Below, piece after piece: positions 1 through 9,031 of a DNA stretch of 64,000 nt. The notes under the pieces are model-generated. The model did no database searches and was not told where the DNA came from. It saw only the letters and a program-made list of their open reading frames with translations. Source of the stretch: Patescibacteria group bacterium (lineage in GTDB: Bacteria > Patescibacteriota > Patescibacteriia > UBA1558 > GWA2-36-10); the NCBI GenBank assembly GCA_028718865.1, contig JAQUKX010000003.1, positions 33,214-97,213 of the forward strand, read 5' to 3'. How positions within the stretch are numbered: position 1 is the stretch's first letter; every line of letters begins with the position of its first letter. A program made the position numbers and the translations under genes.

Positions 1-1123
1 CATAAAAATCAGCAATGGTTTGGATTATTTTTTTACCAGTTAGGCCGGCTTTTTTCGGGTTTATAGAAATGTCCCCCAAAATAGATTTAATGCTATCTAG
101 ATTGGGCTTTAAATTGTTTAATTGGTGGATGGCGATTATCCGATTTAAAGCACCTTCCAGCTCACGGATGTTTTCCTGGATATTTTCAGCCACATAATGA
201 ATTATTTCTTTGTCTAAATCGTAGTTTTTTTCTTGACACTTTAACTCTAAAATAGCCATTCTAGTTTCCAAGTCCGGTGAAGATATATCAGCAATCATCC
301 CCCATTCAAAACGGGAGATAAGACGACTTTCCACCCCTTGGATGGCTTTGGGTGGCCTATCAGATGATAAAACTATTTGTTTATTATTTTGATGCAAGGC
401 GTTGAAAGTGTGGAAAAACTCTTCTTGAGTCTGCTCTTTTCCGCTGATAAACTGGATATCATCGATTAAAAGCACGTCTACGCTACGGTATATTTCCTTA
501 AATTTTTCACTTTGTCCTGATTTTATAGCAAAAATAAAATCATTGGTGAATTTTTCACTGTTGATATAAAGTATTTTTTTATCAGGATCCTTGGATAAAA
601 TATAATTGCCTACTGCCTGGACAAGGTGGGTTTTACCCAAACCCACTCCGCCGTAAATAAATAAAGGGTTATATATTTCCCCGGGTTTTTGGGCAGCAGC
701 ATGGGCAGCAGCATGGGCCAATTCATTGCCTGGACCGACCACAAAGGACTTGAAAGTATAATTGGAATTTAGGCCAAAACGATGATTGTTTTTTGCTTGA
801 GAGTTATTAACAGCCTTGTTTTGAACAATGTTTTTTATTTGAGTATCTTCTCTAATATTAGCAGTTTTTTCCTTATCAGCCACCCTGTAGATAACCTGTA
901 GATTATTTTTTGATAGTGACTTTTCCAGAGCATTGAGGATGTTTTCATGATGCTTTTTTTCCAGCCAAGTTTTAACAAAAGAACTGGGCACCCCGATTAT
1001 TATCTGGTTGTTTTCCATTTCCAAAATAAAGGTATTTTTAAACCAAGTGGTGAAACTGGCTTTACTGATGATGATTTCCAGGTCACCAAGCACGCTTTGC
1101 CAAATTTTTTCCCTATTTTCCAT
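1..1123 (-). CDS. dnaA: Chromosomal replication initiator DnaA (3' end runs off the window)
   Basis: Manual translation from ATG at 1123 gives MENREKIWQSVLGDLEIIISKASFTTWFK and Walker A GGVGLGKTH; divergent from rpmH. Missing from the ORF track because it is truncated. Confidence 0.95.
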   Translation of the reverse strand, partial: MENREKIWQSVLGDLEIIISKASFTTWFKNTFILEMENNQIIIGVPSSFVKTWLEKKHHENILNALEKSLSKNNLQVIYRVADKEKTANIREDTQIKNIVQNKAVNNSQAKNNHRFGLNSNYTFKSFVVGPGNELAHAAAHAAAQKPGEIYNPLFIYGGVGLGKTHLVQAVGNYILSKDPDKKILYINSEKFTNDFIFAIKSGQSEKFKEIYRSVDVLLIDDIQFISGKEQTQEEFFHTFNALHQNNKQIVLSSDRPPKAIQGVESRLISRFEWGMIADISSPDLETRMAILELKCQEKNYDLDKEIIHYVAENIQENIRELEGALNRIIAIHQLNNLKPNLDSIKSILGDISINPKKAGLTGKKIIQTIADFY

Positions 1124-1283
1124 GCCAAAATAATTACTATAATACTATAACACAAAAAATTTTTTCCTAAAACAAGACCTTTATTGATAAATTGTTAATA
1201 AGCTGTTAATAATTGTTGATAACTTTTATAACTTGAAAAAATATCATTAATATGGTATCTTTCCTTCGTTAAAATTAAAAAAT
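1124..1283. promoter_or_regulatory. dnaA-rpmH intergenic region, possible part of oriC
   Basis: AT-rich, with clustered degenerate DnaA-box-like 9-mers (tgttaataa x2, tgttgataa) at ~1190-1225. Confidence 0.5.
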
Positions 1284-1421
1284 ATGCCAAAAAGAACATA
1301 TCAACCCAAAAAAAGAAAGAGAGCCAAGACTCATGGCTTTAGATCTCGGATGTCCAGTCCGACTGGTAAGCGAGTTTTGAAAAAGCGCCGCGCCAAAAAA
1401 AGAGCTAAGCTAGTTGTTTAA
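1284..1421 (+). CDS. rpmH: 50S ribosomal protein L34
   Basis: [23 protein letters not shown]... (45 aa, manual translation); conserved position before rnpA. Confidence 0.95.
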   Translation: MPKRTYQPKKRKRAKTHGFRSRMSSPTGKRVLKKRRAKKRAKLVV

Positions 1422-1430
1422 TCTTGGCTT

Positions 1431-1784
1431 ATGTTACCCAAAGCCAATCGTTTGACCAAAAATCAAACCATCAAAGATTTGGCTCAGAAAGGCAAAAGTT
1501 TTTTTTTACCAGAGTTTAGCATCAAATATTTAGCCAAGGACAATAAAGGAGGAGACAGTCAGTTTGCCTTTGTTGTTTCTGCCAAGGTGGATAAGCGGGC
1601 AGTAGTTAGAAATCGTCTTACCCGGCAGATGAGAGAAGTGGTTAGGAGTTTTTTACCCAATTTATCTAATGGATATTTTGTGCTAATAATAGCTAAAAAA
1701 AAGGCTTTGAATCTGGATTTTGCTAAAATTAGAGAACAGTTTAGCTTTGCTTTTAAAAAAATAAAAATCTATAATAGTCAGTAA
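1431..1784 (+). CDS. rnpA: RNase P protein component
   Basis: [15 protein letters not shown] (RNR) motif; synteny. Confidence 0.95.
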   Translation: MLPKANRLTKNQTIKDLAQKGKSFFLPEFSIKYLAKDNKGGDSQFAFVVSAKVDKRAVVRNRLTRQMREVVRSFLPNLSNGYFVLIIAKKKALNLDFAKIREQFSFAFKKIKIYNSQ

Positions 1785-1786
1785 TA

Positions 1787-2023
1787 ATGATCGCCAAATT
1801 TTTATTATTTTTAATTAGAACTTATCAAAAGACCTTGTCTCCAGACAGTGGTTGGCTGCGTTTTTATTATCCCCATGGTTTTTGCCGCTACTGGCCGACT
1901 TGTTCGCATTATGCTTATCAAGCTATAGAAAAAAAAGGTGCTTTCAAAGGGGTTTTAAAAGCTATTTGGCGTATAATTCGTTGTCATCCCCTGTCAGCAG
2001 GCGGATATGACCCAGTAAAATAA
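1787..2023 (+). CDS. yidD: Membrane protein insertion efficiency factor YidD
   Basis: [10 protein letters not shown] and RCHP...GGYDPV motifs. Confidence 0.95.
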   Translation: MIAKFLLFLIRTYQKTLSPDSGWLRFYYPHGFCRYWPTCSHYAYQAIEKKGAFKGVLKAIWRIIRCHPLSAGGYDPVK

Positions 2024-2029
2024 AAATTT

Positions 2030-2770
2030 ATGGCAATATTTTTTACCTTATTTTATCAACCGATTTTTAACTTTTTGGTTTGGCTCTATAATCATTTGCC
2101 TGGCCAGGATTTGGGTCTGGCAATTATAATCCTTACTTTGGTTATTCGTTTGATTCTTTATATTCCTTCCAAAAAAGCTATAAAAGCCCAAAAAGAATTG
2201 GCCAGCATCCAGCCGGAAATTGACAAAATCAAAGAAGAATACAAAAACGACAAAGAAAAAATGGGTCCGGCATTAATGGCTCTTTATAAAGAAAGGAAAA
2301 TCAATCCTTTTGCCTCTTGCTTGCCCATGCTTATTCAATTACCTTTTATTTTTGCTATTTTTAAGGTATTTTTTGATGGCTTGACCAAAGAAAATGCCAT
2401 GGAAGCGCTTTATCCTTTTGTAGCTAATCCCGGAGTGCTAAATCCAATGGCCTTTGGTTTTTTTGATCTATCAGAAAAAAGCATTATAGTAGCTATTTTG
2501 GCTGGTCTTGGCCAATTTTGGCAAACAAAAATGCTTAGTGCCAGCAATAAAAACGCCAAAGCTTCGCTTAGTTCGTCTTTGAACAAGCAAATGCTCTATA
2601 TTTTCCCGCTTTTCACGGTTTTTATTGGTTCCCGTTTTCCAGCTGGCGTTACTTTTTATTGGCTTTTAACTACTCTTTTTTCTATAGGTCAGCAGTATAT
2701 TGTTTTGGGACGCAAGAAAAAACAGCCGGCCGGCACAGCAGAAGTAGGTGAAGTAATAGATAAAAAATAA
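2030..2770 (+). CDS. yidC: YidC/Oxa1 membrane insertase (short form)
   Basis: INPFASCLPMLIQLP and FYWL...QQ motifs; synteny. Confidence 0.93.
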   Translation: MAIFFTLFYQPIFNFLVWLYNHLPGQDLGLAIIILTLVIRLILYIPSKKAIKAQKELASIQPEIDKIKEEYKNDKEKMGPALMALYKERKINPFASCLPMLIQLPFIFAIFKVFFDGLTKENAMEALYPFVANPGVLNPMAFGFFDLSEKSIIVAILAGLGQFWQTKMLSASNKNAKASLSSSLNKQMLYIFPLFTVFIGSRFPAGVTFYWLLTTLFSIGQQYIVLGRKKKQPAGTAEVGEVIDKK

Positions 2771-2880
2771 TTCTCTTTTGATAAATAAACAAAAAATGCC
2801 CTTTAAAAAAAGGGTTTTTTGGTGTTTATATAATTCTGGAGGGAATTAGCTATACGCCCGATGATCAATAGAATCCGCTT

Positions 2881-3060
2881 GTCATCTCACGCTTTCCCTT
2901 CTGTTATTCCCGTCCCCACCTTCGCGGGGATAAACTCCAGCGGCTTGCCTGCTGACAGGCAGGGAATCTGGTCTTTCTCTTTCGTCATTCCCTCGAAAGC
3001 GGGAATCTACTTTGAGATAAAGAAAAGCTAGATTCCGGCTCGGAGGCCGGAATGACAAAA
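2881..3060. repeat. REP-like palindrome cluster (GTCATTCC...GGAATC family)
   Basis: Several ATTCCC-N8-GGGAAT-type palindromes; same family at 5783-5956, 6924-7149 and 7500-7640. Confidence 0.8.
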
Positions 3061-3065
3061 AGATA

Positions 3066-3812
3066 TTAATCAAAATTTCTCTCACTGCCAACTATGACTT
3101 TGAGTTTTTGCGGCGCTACAGTGATTTCCACCGGAGTCTTCATGATGATTTGTTGGTCAGTTAAAATAGATACTTGATCTTCCTGATTGCTGCCGATTTT
3201 AATTTTGGTAAAAGGCAAAATAGTTTCCGCTATTTTTTTTGAGCCAAAAAGCCCTGATTTTATAGGGGTAATCACTGCTTCTAGTATGCCATCAATAGGG
3301 TTGGACATGGACAGATTTTCATTGGTAGCGAAGTTGTAAAGAGTGATTTTATTTTTTTTGGTAGTGGGCTCTACTTTGAAATCATTGTATTCTATCACTA
3401 CGTCACCGTTTTCAATTTCAGCTGTGTTGATAAAATAGTGGTTGTTTATCTTGCCCAAGTCTATTTTTTTGATAATTCTAGAAGCCAGTACTTCGCAAGC
3501 AGCTTCTTTGGGCGGGATGCCCAGTATTTTGGCAATATTGTTATTGTTGTCTACTGGGATTAACCCTAGAGTCAAATCAAGATCTGCTACGATATTGATC
3601 ACCTTGGCAAAAGTCTGAGCATTGCCAATAGCCACAACCGTATGAATCCCCTCTTTGGCTGCGTCATTTATCAACTCTTTCATGTTTTTGAGTACAGACA
3701 AACGGGCGATTTTTCCTTTAATACCCAAATCAGTCAACCTTTTTTCTATTTTGATCAAAAGGTCAGTGTATTTTTTTTCATTTAAAAAAGAGTCGTAAAT
3801 GTATAAATACAT
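3066..3812 (-). CDS. Diacylglycerol-kinase-family (YegS-like) protein, probably degenerate
   Basis: TVVAIG, LGLIPV...IAKILGIP and IDLGKIN..YFIN motifs. Confidence 0.7.
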   Translation of the reverse strand: MYLYIYDSFLNEKKYTDLLIKIEKRLTDLGIKGKIARLSVLKNMKELINDAAKEGIHTVVAIGNAQTFAKVINIVADLDLTLGLIPVDNNNNIAKILGIPPKEAACEVLASRIIKKIDLGKINNHYFINTAEIENGDVVIEYNDFKVEPTTKKNKITLYNFATNENLSMSNPIDGILEAVITPIKSGLFGSKKIAETILPFTKIKIGSNQEDQVSILTDQQIIMKTPVEITVAPQKLKVIVGSERNFD

Positions 3813-3826
3813 AAAAAATAAGAATT

Positions 3827-4255
3827 TTATTTTTCCTCAACTGTTTCCTTGGCTGATTTTGGCTTAGAAACCGGACTCTCGTCTTGATAGCTGATGTTGC
3901 TCACCGGCATATCAATATTGCCTTTGATTAGGGCTCCGCTTTCCATAGACAGAACTTGAGTTTTGACATCACCTAGAACAAGAGCAGTGCTGCTGAGCTC
4001 TAGCTTTCCTTTGATATGGATATTGCCCTTGACCTTTCCTGAAATAAAAGCATTATTGGCGCTAATATTAGCCTGAATTATAGCATTAGTGCCTATTTTG
4101 AGGTTGTTTTTGGTTTTGATATTGCCTATCAAAACACCTTCGATAATTAAATCTCCTTCGCCTTTGAAATCGCCTTCTACTTTGACAGATGGGCCAATGA
4201 TAGTTTCAACTCCTTTGGAGCTAGGAGCAGCACTGCTTTGCTGTTTATTAAACAT
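3827..4255 (-). CDS. Bactofilin (polymer-forming cytoskeletal protein)
   Basis: TIIGPSVKVEGD...IEG.L.GNI beta-helix repeats. Confidence 0.9.
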   Translation of the reverse strand: MFNKQQSSAAPSSKGVETIIGPSVKVEGDFKGEGDLIIEGVLIGNIKTKNNLKIGTNAIIQANISANNAFISGKVKGNIHIKGKLELSSTALVLGDVKTQVLSMESGALIKGNIDMPVSNISYQDESPVSKPKSAKETVEEK

Positions 4256-4515
4256 ATTTTTTATATTTAGACAATTTAATTATAGAGATTTTCTGTTCCT
4301 TTATATTAGCTAAATTAGCGTTTAATGTAAAGAGCATGGACTTTTTTTGCTAGCTATATTAGAATATTTAAAGTAAAAAATGTTCTTATTTTATTTCAGG
4401 GGCATTAAAAATAGGGTAAAATTAAACAACTAAGCTATAAAATATATATTACGACACATTATTTATACTAATATAAAATAGAAAGTAAAAATTTAGTTAA
4501 AATCAAAACCCCTCT

Positions 4516-4590
4516 GACCCCATAGTTTAATGGATAAAACAAGAATCTCCTAAGTTCTGGATCCAGGTTCGATTCCTGGTGGGGTCACCA
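4516..4590 (+). tRNA. tRNA-Arg(CCT)
   Basis: Cloverleaf, anticodon CCT, GGTTCGATTCC T-arm, encoded CCA. Confidence 0.93.
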
Positions 4591-4728
4591 CTTTTTAAAC
4601 CAAACAAAAGACAAAAAAGCACTTTCGTGCTATGATAAAAATATGAGTGCTAGCGACGAAGAAAATCAGTCTGTTTTTAATAAAAATTTAATCCTAATTT
4701 AAATAGGGCTTTTGGCCTGTTTTTTTAT

Positions 4729-5706
4729 TTGTCTATGCTTATAATCACTTTACTTATTTTGGTGTTTTTATCATCTTGGTTTTCCGGTATGGAAATCGCC
4801 ATGTTTTCGCTAACACCAGCCAAGGTAAAAGAGTTGGTTTTGGCCAAAAAGAAAAACGCCTTGCTTTTGGAGAGGCTTTTAAGCAAGAAACACCGGCTTT
4901 TGGTAGTAATTCTTTTGGGCAATAATTTGATAAATATAGTGGCAGCCAGCTTAGCAGCCGTAGCAGCAGTTGAAGCTTTTGGCTCCATTGGCGTGGGTTT
5001 GGCTACTGGCATTATGACTATTTTGATTTTGATCTTTGGTGAAATGTACCCCAAAGCCTATTATCAAATTCATGCGGCCAAAGTAGCTCTGCGCTTTAGT
5101 CCGTTGATTTATGTTTTACAAATTGTTCTTTGGCCTATAGTAGTACTTTTGGAAAAACTGCTCAATATTTTGACTGGCAATAAAAAAAGGGAAAAAGTTT
5201 CGGAAAAAGAGTTCAAAGCCTTGAGCCGTTTGGCTGTAGAAAAAGGAGTTTTGCAATTTAAAGAGCACGAGATGATTATGAATGTGTTGGAGTTCAATGA
5301 CATCAAAGTCAAGCAAATAATGGTACCAAAGTATAAAATGGAGCTTTTGCAGGCGGATGCTCATATTGATCAGGTGGCTTATTTTGTTGGCCAAACAGGC
5401 TTTTCTCGCTATCCAGTTTATCGTAATCAAAAAAACAATGTAATTGGCTATGTCCATGCCATTAGTATTTTGCAAGCCTTAAATAGCGAAAAAAGAGAAG
5501 ATCCAATTTTTGGCTTAGTTAAGCCAATTTTGAAAGTGAATGAAGAAGATAAAATCAATTTGGTGTTTAATCGCATGATCAAAACTCATACTCATATGGC
5601 TTTGGTTTTTAGAAAAAAAGAAGTGGTAGGATTGGTAACTTTAGAAGACTTATTGGAAGAAATAGTTGGAGAAATCAGAGATGAGACCGATGAACCGATT
5701 TCTTAG
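4729..5706 (+). CDS. CNNM/DUF21 + CBS domain membrane protein (hemolysin/CorC family)
   Basis: FSGMEIAMFS, GEMYPK, GFSRYPVY and GLVTLEDLLEEIVGEI motifs; start may be ATG 4735. Confidence 0.92.
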   Translation: MSMLIITLLILVFLSSWFSGMEIAMFSLTPAKVKELVLAKKKNALLLERLLSKKHRLLVVILLGNNLINIVAASLAAVAAVEAFGSIGVGLATGIMTILILIFGEMYPKAYYQIHAAKVALRFSPLIYVLQIVLWPIVVLLEKLLNILTGNKKREKVSEKEFKALSRLAVEKGVLQFKEHEMIMNVLEFNDIKVKQIMVPKYKMELLQADAHIDQVAYFVGQTGFSRYPVYRNQKNNVIGYVHAISILQALNSEKREDPIFGLVKPILKVNEEDKINLVFNRMIKTHTHMALVFRKKEVVGLVTLEDLLEEIVGEIRDETDEPIS

Positions 5707-5844
5707 GAATCAAAATTTTTTGGCTAATACTATATAAAAAACATCTTAAGAAGGTGTTTTTATGTTGGAAGTGATTTTCTTTGTCATTCCGATTCCGCCT
5801 GCGCCTGTGGGCTTCGGCGGACAAGCGAGACGAGTGAAACGAGG

Positions 5845-5956
5845 CGAGTGGAGGAATCTAGTTTTTTCTTTTCGTCATTCCGGCCCCCGAGCCGGAATCT
5901 AGTCTTTCCTTATCTCAAAGTAGATTCCCGCTTTCGCGGGAATGACGAAATAAAAA
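5845..5956 (+). repeat. 112-bp direct repeat, copy 1 (REP-derived)
   Basis: Identical by eye to 7038-7149; the pair flanks the remote DGR target. Confidence 0.9.
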
Positions 5957-6133
5957 TAATCGTCATTGTAAGACTTTAGGTCTTTAATTTATAATTTTTT
6001 AGGTTTTAAGATAAGAAAAAACTCCGTCTCACTCGCCATTGTGCGAGAGTATTGAGACGGAGTGTTGAGGACTGGCTGATCTGCCAGTTGGAAGTGTTAG
6101 CCGGTCTTTGCTCCTGTGGAGCTACGACAAGAC

Positions 6134-6820
6134 TCAGGAAACTGACTGACGAGCGCGCAGAAAGCCAACGGCAAAGCCAGGAAAGAACCAGCCGACGCGG
6201 AGCCTGCCATTGCCAGCAAGCCAGAAGACGCACGGCACGCCGCCATCGCGGCCGCGCGAACCGGCGCAGAGAGTCCAGTTCTGGACATCAAGATGCTCGT
6301 TGGTCTCCGAGAAATACTTGAGCTCGTAGACCAGCCGCTCGAGCAGAGTCATGGCGTTGACGCCCTGCTGACGAAGCTTGTTGGCCGACAGATTTTTAAG
6401 TTCCTCGTCGGCCTCCACCCGCTCGCGAATCCGAATCGCGTAGTTGCAATCCGAGACACGAACGTTATCAATGACGTCCTTGTCCAGGTCGTCGATGTAG
6501 CTCGACACCGGAAAACACTTCTTCATGGCCTTGAGCACATCGTTGAGCTTCAACCCCTTGGGGATGAAGATGACGCGGTCAAAACCGCCGGCGTTGTCGG
6601 GGATCGAGGCATCGGAGAAGCTCACCGACAAGCGGAAGTACTTGCGGTAGAACTCCTGCCACTCGGACTGAATGTCGGAAATGGCGAAGGGATTCTGACG
6701 CTGGAGGAAAAGCTCCAGCTCTCGCACGGTGATCACACCGTGCTGCAGCTTGTGCATCAGGTCTGCCAGCAAGCCAAGCACTTTGCTCGGCAAGCTACCG
6801 ATCACTTGCTTCTTGCTCAT
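6134..6820 (-). CDS. Remote DGR target protein (paralog of 24717-25400)
   Basis: Near-identical core to the DGR-linked target; C-terminal VR matches the TR mostly at non-adenine positions. Confidence 0.9.
   Translation of the reverse strand: MSKKQVIGSLPSKVLGLLADLMHKLQHGVITVRELELFLQRQNPFAISDIQSEWQEFYRKYFRLSVSFSDASIPDNAGGFDRVIFIPKGLKLNDVLKAMKKCFPVSSYIDDLDKDVIDNVRVSDCNYAIRIRERVEADEELKNLSANKLRQQGVNAMTLLERLVYELKYFSETNEHLDVQNWTLCAGSRGRDGGVPCVFWLAGNGRLRVGWFFPGFAVGFLRARQSVS
6146..6262 (-). repeat. DGR variable region VR2
   Basis: 117 bp aligned to TR 25686-25802: 28 mismatches at TR adenines and 5 C/T transitions (manual count). Confidence 0.88.
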
Positions 6821-7037
6821 GATCAGTTTCCTTTCATGTAAAGGTTCTAGGTATTACCTCGGCCAATTCCGAAGTAATGTATAAGCATAGCTATATTTAC
6901 TATTTTGTCAATGTTTTGGAGTTGTCATTCCCGCGAAGGCGGGAATCTAGCCTCTTTTTGGTTCAAAGTAGATTTCTCGACTACGCTCGAAATGACAGAA
7001 GGGAAAGGCTAGATCCCGCAATCCGCCAGCTGGCGGA

Positions 7038-7149
7038 CGAGTGGAGGAATCTAGTTTTTTCTTTTCGTCATTCCGGCCCCCGAGCCGGAATCTAGTCTTT
7101 CCTTATCTCAAAGTAGATTCCCGCTTTCGCGGGAATGACGAAATAAAAA
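7038..7149 (+). repeat. 112-bp direct repeat, copy 2
   Basis: Identical by eye to 5845-5956. Confidence 0.9.
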
Positions 7150-7157
7150 ATCATGGT

Positions 7158-7201
7158 TTGACATTTGACAATTAGCATGCTATGATACCCCCATAGGGTA
7201 T
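7158..7201 (+). promoter_or_regulatory. Sigma70 promoter with overlapping CsoR/RcnR-type operator
   Basis: TTGACA-17-TATGAT followed by the palindrome ATACCCCCATAGGGTAT, directly upstream of a CsoR-family gene. Confidence 0.7.
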
Positions 7202-7221
7202 AATGATATTTATTTAAAACA

Positions 7222-7482
7222 ATGAAAAAAGCCTGTTGTCCAGAAAAAATAATTTCCCAGCTCCATCGTATTGAAGGGCAAGTGCGTTCGGTGGAGAAAA
7301 TGTATAATGAAAAAAGGGACATTGAAGAAATTGCCAGAGTAGTCAAGGCTGCTCGGGCTTCTATGGATTCTTTGAGCAAACTGCTTATCAATGATAAGAT
7401 AAGTGGGTGCTATGATGGCAAAAAATCAGTGGATAAAAAAGAAGTTGGTCGCTTGATAAATATTTTATTTGATATAACATAA
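7222..7482 (+). CDS. CsoR/RcnR-family metal/sulfur-sensing repressor
   Basis: LHRIEGQVRSVEKM...IARVVKAARAS helical pattern. Confidence 0.85.
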   Translation: MKKACCPEKIISQLHRIEGQVRSVEKMYNEKRDIEEIARVVKAARASMDSLSKLLINDKISGCYDGKKSVDKKEVGRLINILFDIT

Positions 7483-7667
7483 AAAAGTTTAGAAATTAAC
7501 TAGATTCCCGCTTTCGCGGGAATGACAGAAGGGAAAGGCTAGATTCCCTGCCTACCGGTCTTCGACTCCGAGGTCGCTCAGACTTGAGGAGCAGGCAGGT
7601 CGCTGGAGCTTATCCCCGCGAAGGTGGGGACGGGAATGACATAAATAACAATTAATTAAAAAATAAC

Positions 7668-7994
7668 ATGGCATTAGAAATTACCGATCAAAATTTTGAT
7701 CAAGAAGTAAAAAATTTTAAGGGACTAGTCTTGGTAGATTTTTGGGCTGCTTGGTGTGGACCTTGTAAAATGCAAGGACCAATAATTGATCAATTAGCCG
7801 AGGAATTAAAAGATAAAAGTGAAGTAAAAATAAGCAAGTTGAATGTGGATGAAGCTCGAGTCAAAGCTCAAGAAGAAGAGGTGATGAGCATCCCTACTTT
7901 AAAACTTTTTAAAGACGGGCAAGTAGTGGAAACTTTAGTTGGTTTACAAAGTAAGGAAAGTTTACTAGAGCTTATCAATAAACATTTAGCCTAA
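7668..7994 (+). CDS. trxA: Thioredoxin
   Basis: WCGPC motif. Confidence 0.96.
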   Translation: MALEITDQNFDQEVKNFKGLVLVDFWAAWCGPCKMQGPIIDQLAEELKDKSEVKISKLNVDEARVKAQEEEVMSIPTLKLFKDGQVVETLVGLQSKESLLELINKHLA

Positions 7995-7999
7995 AAAAT

Positions 8000-8953
8000 A
8001 TGGAAAATCAGCTTTATGATGTAGTGATAGTCGGCGGTGGACCAGCCGGACTGACATCTGCTATTTATACTTCTCGCCGAGCAATGAAAACTTTGGTAAT
8101 TTCTCGGGACATTGGTGGTCAACTTTCTTTGACCGATGATGTGGAGAATTATCCTGGTTTTGAATCTATAGGCGGACTGGAACTTTCTCAAAAATTTCAA
8201 GTTCAGGCGGCCAAAACGGGCGTAGAATTTTTGTTTGAAGGAGCGGAAAATATTATCAAAGAAGATAGTGGTTTTTTGCTAGAGACCTCATCGGGCAAAA
8301 AAATAAAAGCCCGCAGTATTATTTTGGCTTTTGGTTTGACGCCACGCTCTTTGGGCGTGCCAGGAGAAAAAGAATTAAGTGGTCGGGGTGTGACTTATTG
8401 TGCTACTTGCGATGGACCGCTTTATCGGGGCAAGGAAGTGGTGGTAGTTGGCGGTGGCAACTCAGCTCTAGATGCGGCTGAGTATATGTCTAAGATTGCC
8501 AAAAAAGTTTATATGCTAGCTCGAGGGGAACTTTTTCGAGGGGAACAGATTTTGGTAGATCAGGTAAAAACAGCTGCTAATGTGGAAATATTTTTCCGTG
8601 CCAATGTCAAAGAAATAAAAGGCAAAGACAGAGTAGAAGCGGTTGTTTTTAGCGTAGAAGGTCAGGAGGATAAAGAAATTCCAGTGGATGGTATTTTTGT
8701 AGAAATAGGTCATGTGGCCAAAAGCGATTGGCTAGCTGGTCTGGGGGTAGCTCTCAATGAACGCCGAGAAATAATCATCAACAGCGACAATGAAACCAAT
8801 GTCAAAGGAGTGTTTGCGGCTGGTGATATTACCGAAGTTAGTTATAAGCAGGCAGTTATTTCTGCTGGCGAGGGCTGTAAAGCAGCTTTGCAGGCCTATC
8901 GTTATTTACAAGGAGGCAAGCCACTTACGCCAGATTGGACGCCGAAGAAGTAG
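8000..8953 (+). CDS. trxB: Thioredoxin reductase
   Basis: GGGPAG, CATCDG, GGGNSA and FAAGD motifs. Confidence 0.95.
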   Translation: MENQLYDVVIVGGGPAGLTSAIYTSRRAMKTLVISRDIGGQLSLTDDVENYPGFESIGGLELSQKFQVQAAKTGVEFLFEGAENIIKEDSGFLLETSSGKKIKARSIILAFGLTPRSLGVPGEKELSGRGVTYCATCDGPLYRGKEVVVVGGGNSALDAAEYMSKIAKKVYMLARGELFRGEQILVDQVKTAANVEIFFRANVKEIKGKDRVEAVVFSVEGQEDKEIPVDGIFVEIGHVAKSDWLAGLGVALNERREIIINSDNETNVKGVFAAGDITEVSYKQAVISAGEGCKAALQAYRYLQGGKPLTPDWTPKK

Positions 8954-8954
8954 T

Positions 8955-8989
8955 TTATGGCTTATGGCTTATGGCTTATGGCTTATGGC
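8955..8989 (+). repeat. Heptamer tandem repeat (TTATGGC)x5
   Basis: Five perfect copies directly after the trxB stop. Confidence 0.9.
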
Positions 8990-9031
8990 TGTATGGTAGA
9001 AATTTATAAAATTTAATTTTAAACTAAAAAT

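Noticed and set aside
2882-3091. Short ORFs across REP clusters (also 6877-7095, 7092-7391)
   Set aside because: Translations of palindromic repeats
8955-8989. Heptamer repeat as a contingency locus
   Set aside because: Intergenic, just after a stop codon, and not within an evident promoter or ORF; kept as a simple repeat
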